A DNA stretch of 64,000 nt, from contig JAHDQO010000006.1 of the NCBI GenBank assembly GCA_018433765.1, positions 247,034 through 311,033 of the forward strand. Direction: 5' to 3'. The notes beneath the pieces were generated by a model. It was not told the DNA's origin, searched no databases, and saw only the letters and a list, made by a program, of their open reading frames with translations. Of this stretch, positions 60,597 through 64,000 are shown one piece after another (within the stretch, counting starts at the first letter, position 1; each line of letters opens with the position of its first letter). The stretch is from Tissierellales bacterium. Lineage in GTDB: Bacteria > Bacillota > Clostridia > Tissierellales > Sedimentibacteraceae. The translations under genes were made by a program, and so were the position numbers.

Positions 60597-62045
60597 TTGG
60601 AAAATTTAATTTTAATCGTCGTAATTGTACTATTAGTTTTTGGTACACTTATTGCTTTACTATCTCGCTATAAAAAATGTCCATCTGACAAAATCTTAGT
60701 AATTTTCGGTAAAGTTGGTAAAAGTAACAAAGGTGGTGCAAGAAGTGCTAAATGTATTCATGGTGGAGCATCTTTCATATGGCCAGTTATACAATCGTAT
60801 GAATTTCTTGACCTAACACCAATTTCAATCGAAGTTAACTTAACAAACGCTTTAAGCAGGCAGAATATTCGTATTGATGTTCCTTCAAGATTTACAGTAG
60901 GTATTTCAACCGAGCAAGGCATAATGCAAAACGCAGCTGAAAGACTATTAGGTCTTGGTCTAACTGAAATTCAAGAACTTGCAAAAGATATTATCTTCGG
61001 ACAGCTTCGTTTAGTAGTAGCTACTATGGATATAGAAGAAATAAATACTGATAGAGACAAATTCCTTGATGCTGTATCTTCAAATGTTGAAACTGAACTT
61101 AAGAAAATTGGTTTAAGACTTATAAACGTTAATGTAACTGATATAAATGATGAATCAGGTTATATTGATGCTTTAGGTAAAGAAGCTGCTGCAAAAGCAA
61201 TCAATGATGCAAGAAAAAGTGTTGCTGAAAAGAACAGAGATGGTGCTATTGGCGAAGCTAATGCACAAAAAGATGAGCGTGTCTCTGTTGCAGGAGCAAA
61301 TGCTACTGCAGTAGAAGGTGAAAATGAGGCTAAAGTTACAGTAGCTAACTCAGAAGCTTTAAGAAGAGAAAAAGAAGCTGAAGCATTAAGAATAGCTACA
61401 GCAGCAGAAAAAGTACAAGCTGCTAATGCTTTGGCAGAAGCATATCAAGCAGAAGAAGAAGCTGAAAAAACTAGAGCAGCAAAAGAAAGAGCTACTAAAG
61501 AAGCAGATATCATTGTAGCAGCTGAAATATCAAAACAGAAAGCTGAAATTGAGGCTGAAGCTCAAGCTGAGCAAATTCGTAGAAAAGCAAAAGGTGAAGC
61601 TGATGCTATATTTGCTAAAATGGAAGCTCAAGCAAGAGGTATTGAAGAAATGCTTGGCAAACAAGCAAAAGGTTTTAAAGATATTATTGATGCTTCTGGC
61701 GGAGATGCAAAAGATGCTGTTCGTATGATGATTGCAGATAAAATGGAAGAATTGGTTAAAACTCAAGTTGATGCAGTTAAGAATCTTAAAATTGATAAAG
61801 TTACAGTTTGGGACAGTATGGGTAACGATGGAAAATCTCCTTCTACAGCTAAGTTCCTATCTGGAATGATGAAATCTATACCACCTATGCAGGATATGTT
61901 TGATATGGCAGGTATGGAATTACCAAAATATCTTGGAAAAGATAAAACTGAAATAAAAGAAACAGTTAAAGAAAATGCAGTTGAAGAAAATGTAGTTGAA
62001 AAAGATATAGTTGAAAAAGATAAAGATATAGTTGATAATGAATAA
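60597..62045 (+). CDS. floT: Flotillin (SPFH/band-7 domain, FloT/YuaG-like)
   Basis: N-terminal transmembrane segment, SPFH domain, and a long Ala/Glu-rich coiled coil. Confidence 0.85.
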   Translation: MENLILIVVIVLLVFGTLIALLSRYKKCPSDKILVIFGKVGKSNKGGARSAKCIHGGASFIWPVIQSYEFLDLTPISIEVNLTNALSRQNIRIDVPSRFTVGISTEQGIMQNAAERLLGLGLTEIQELAKDIIFGQLRLVVATMDIEEINTDRDKFLDAVSSNVETELKKIGLRLINVNVTDINDESGYIDALGKEAAAKAINDARKSVAEKNRDGAIGEANAQKDERVSVAGANATAVEGENEAKVTVANSEALRREKEAEALRIATAAEKVQAANALAEAYQAEEEAEKTRAAKERATKEADIIVAAEISKQKAEIEAEAQAEQIRRKAKGEADAIFAKMEAQARGIEEMLGKQAKGFKDIIDASGGDAKDAVRMMIADKMEELVKTQVDAVKNLKIDKVTVWDSMGNDGKSPSTAKFLSGMMKSIPPMQDMFDMAGMELPKYLGKDKTEIKETVKENAVEENVVEKDIVEKDKDIVDNE

Positions 62046-62049
62046 AATA

Positions 62050-62086
62050 AAAAAAGTTGTGCTGTAAAACTCAGCACAACTTTTTT
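62050..62086. terminator. Bidirectional terminator
   Basis: aagttgtgctg-taaaactc-cagcacaactt flanked by A/T runs. Confidence 0.65.
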
Positions 62087-62094
62087 ATATTAAA

Positions 62095-63411
62095 TTAATT
62101 TTGATTTGTAGGATTTTGGACTATACCCATGAATAAATTAGTTTCTGTCTTATTTTCTTTTATAACATACATAAATGGTTTGTTACAATTAAACTCAATT
62201 TTTTCCGCTGGTGCCTCTACTGAAGTGCCTCTGCATAAAACAACTGTAACTGCAGCAGCTTCTGTTCCCTTTTCATCTACTTCAATACTTGTATTTTGAA
62301 ATATACTGCTTACAAATACATTCTCTGGACTTAAGTCAGCGATTTTTTTAAGTTCTGCATTTTCATTGTTAAAAATCTTAGTTACTCCAATGTTTTTTAT
62401 TATTTCTTTTAAATCAATAGAATTTTTATATTTAAATTTAGGTAAATATATATTTATATTACTATTGTATTCTGCTTCTTTTATCATATCTTCAATCTTT
62501 GAATATTCTTCTGATGAAACAAATGTTTTTAGATCACCTTTAGGTAATATAACATACATTGTTACATCATAATAATCTAACCCTAAGATTTGACATGTAT
62601 CATCTTCATAATATTTTTTTCTAAAAATACCAAACATCATATCTGCTTCTACTTCACTACCATCCGCCAAATAGAAAGGAGTTTTTTTAGTTAATTCCTC
62701 ATTAAAATCGTCTCTCCAAGTTCCTTTAAAATAAAGTGTATTAATTAAGTAAGCTATATCAATAGGATATGTTTCTTCAATTGTATCTTTAATAATATTA
62801 TTAGTTTTTTCCTCAATCCATTCATTTATTAAATCTTTTGTATTTTCATCACTAAAATCTACATTCATCGTATCAGCATCATAGTATTTTTTTAAAGTAT
62901 CAACAAAATCTTTTTCTACATTAACATTTTTATTAAACCATGCTGAATTTGCAGTAATTATCTCCGTAGTTTTAACCTTTTCTTCACTTCCCAAATCTTT
63001 TTCTTTAGAATAGCTGTTTAATAAATTTATAAGTTGATTATAAGTTGTATTTAATGTTTCATCATTTACTCCCATGGCTTCAATAATTTGATTCTTTGTA
63101 TCTCCTTCAGCACCATTTACAAGCATTGATAAAGCACAAGATAAACTCAAAGGTGAAAATAATATGTTTTCACTAGAGTCAGAATAAATATCTTGCGTAA
63201 CACTATAACCAATATTGTTTAATCCTTTAATATTGTTATTATCAACATCTATAACTTGTTGAATATTCTCGTTAATTTTTGTCTTAAACATTTCATTTGA
63301 TAAAGCTGCTGCAACATTATTTTTAGGTTGAATTATTTCATTACTGCATCCTGAAAAAGAAAAGCTAAATAGCAAAATTCCTACTAAAAAAATAGATATT
63401 CTTTTCTTCAT
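62095..63411 (-). CDS. Serpin-family serine protease inhibitor, predicted lipoprotein
   Basis: Lipobox LFSFSFSG|C at the N-terminus. Serpin fold length, and a hinge/reactive-centre-loop-like region (GTEAAAVT) near the C-terminus. Confidence 0.8.
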   Translation of the reverse strand: MKKRISIFLVGILLFSFSFSGCSNEIIQPKNNVAAALSNEMFKTKINENIQQVIDVDNNNIKGLNNIGYSVTQDIYSDSSENILFSPLSLSCALSMLVNGAEGDTKNQIIEAMGVNDETLNTTYNQLINLLNSYSKEKDLGSEEKVKTTEIITANSAWFNKNVNVEKDFVDTLKKYYDADTMNVDFSDENTKDLINEWIEEKTNNIIKDTIEETYPIDIAYLINTLYFKGTWRDDFNEELTKKTPFYLADGSEVEADMMFGIFRKKYYEDDTCQILGLDYYDVTMYVILPKGDLKTFVSSEEYSKIEDMIKEAEYNSNINIYLPKFKYKNSIDLKEIIKNIGVTKIFNNENAELKKIADLSPENVFVSSIFQNTSIEVDEKGTEAAAVTVVLCRGTSVEAPAEKIEFNCNKPFMYVIKENKTETNLFMGIVQNPTNQN

Positions 63412-63545
63412 TTTATACCTCCATTTATTTGTATTTATTGCTTTATTTTTATTTGCATCTTATTAGACGAACTTGTTAATCAAAAGTTTCATTATATGTT
63501 TAATTTTAACAATTAATATATAAATTTTTTCTGGTTATACTAATT

Positions 63546-63665
63546 TAAGATAAAAATTAAAAGTTAAGAGTTAAGAGTTGTGGTTACTTTCCTCATAACT
63601 TCGGAAACTTTTAAAAAAAATTTAAGATAAAAATTAAAAGTTAAAAGTTAAAAAGTTGTAGTTAA
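63546..63665. repeat. Direct repeats tttaagataaaaattaaaagttaa(g/a)agtt, (AAAAGTT)n family
   Basis: Two ~30-bp direct repeats at 63546 and 63618 flanking a unique ~40-bp segment. Confidence 0.6.
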
Positions 63666-63836
63666 AAGTTTAAGTTAATTTGCTCATATCTCTGCAAAGT
63701 TATTAATAATAAACATAAAAAATTTTCAAATGAAAATTGTTCGTTTAAATAAAATGCGGAGCACTAATTCAATGTTTTTCAGTGTTTTTCTATGGTTAGT
63801 AAAAAAAGAACATTATAGAGGGAGGGCTTTTTTTAT

Positions 63837-64000
63837 TGCAAAATTGTAAAGTAGGCCTCGATATAGGATCAACTACTGTTAAAATAGCAGTGCTTGATAA
63901 TAAAAATAATATAATTCATAAGGAATATAAAAGACATTATTCTGATATAAAAAATACAGTTATAGAAATTATAAAGAATGCTTCATATATATTAAATGAC
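63837..64000 (+). CDS. BadF/BadG/BcrA/BcrD-type ATPase (CoA-substrate-specific enzyme activase), 3' end outside the window
   Basis: TTG start with RBS AGAGGGAGGG. N-terminal GLDIGSTTVK actin-like ATPase motif. Confidence 0.6.

Overview
Low-GC Firmicutes (Clostridium-like) chromosome segment, mostly housekeeping genes. No rRNA, tRNA, CRISPR array or transposase was seen.

Gene content, in order:
- 1-2180: the 3' end of a large serine recombinase gene, abutting in frame an N-terminally truncated CwlJ/SleB-type cortex hydrolase ORF, followed by two tandem paralogous small (GerQ-like?) genes.
- 2186-12232: a complete citrate-fermentation locus on the minus strand (CitA/CitB-type two-component system, 2-hydroxycarboxylate transporter, citCDEFXG, CitM-type malic enzyme).
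- 12271-20358: CPBP protease, glmM, metA-metY under a SAM-I riboswitch, an ABC-F ATPase and tsaD.
- 20360-25330: a ~5 kb accessory insertion that splits the conserved tsaE-tsaB-rimI/tsaD neighbourhood. It carries a Phd/YefM-Uma2 fusion, a Smr-less MutS2-family ATPase and small hypothetical genes.
- 27321-31697: proBA and a stand-alone trpB behind a T-box leader that appears duplicated.
- 31778-41725: ribU and ribDE(BA)H, each behind its own FMN riboswitch, with a PxpA/DUF1445/DUF4392 cluster and a phytoene-desaturase-family oxidoreductase between them.
- 46751-64000: HAD hydrolase, tex, prfB with its +1 frameshift, secA, two FAD-dependent oxidoreductases, rlmI, an XRE-TPR regulator, nfeD-floT, a serpin lipoprotein and a partial CoA-substrate activase.

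Most notable is an unannotated RiPP-like locus at 41.8-46.5 kb. Two 49-aa precursor peptides that the ORF track misses (conserved leader, CDPC-containing cores) flank a radical SAM/SPASM maturase and sit next to a B12-binding radical SAM enzyme. Decayed remnants of a duplicated maturase module lie upstream.

A dispersed intergenic repeat family (palindromic hairpin plus 7-bp microsatellite-like modules) recurs at 15 or more sites. These include operon leaders and intra-operon spacers, and one site is a 4 x 60-bp tandem array.
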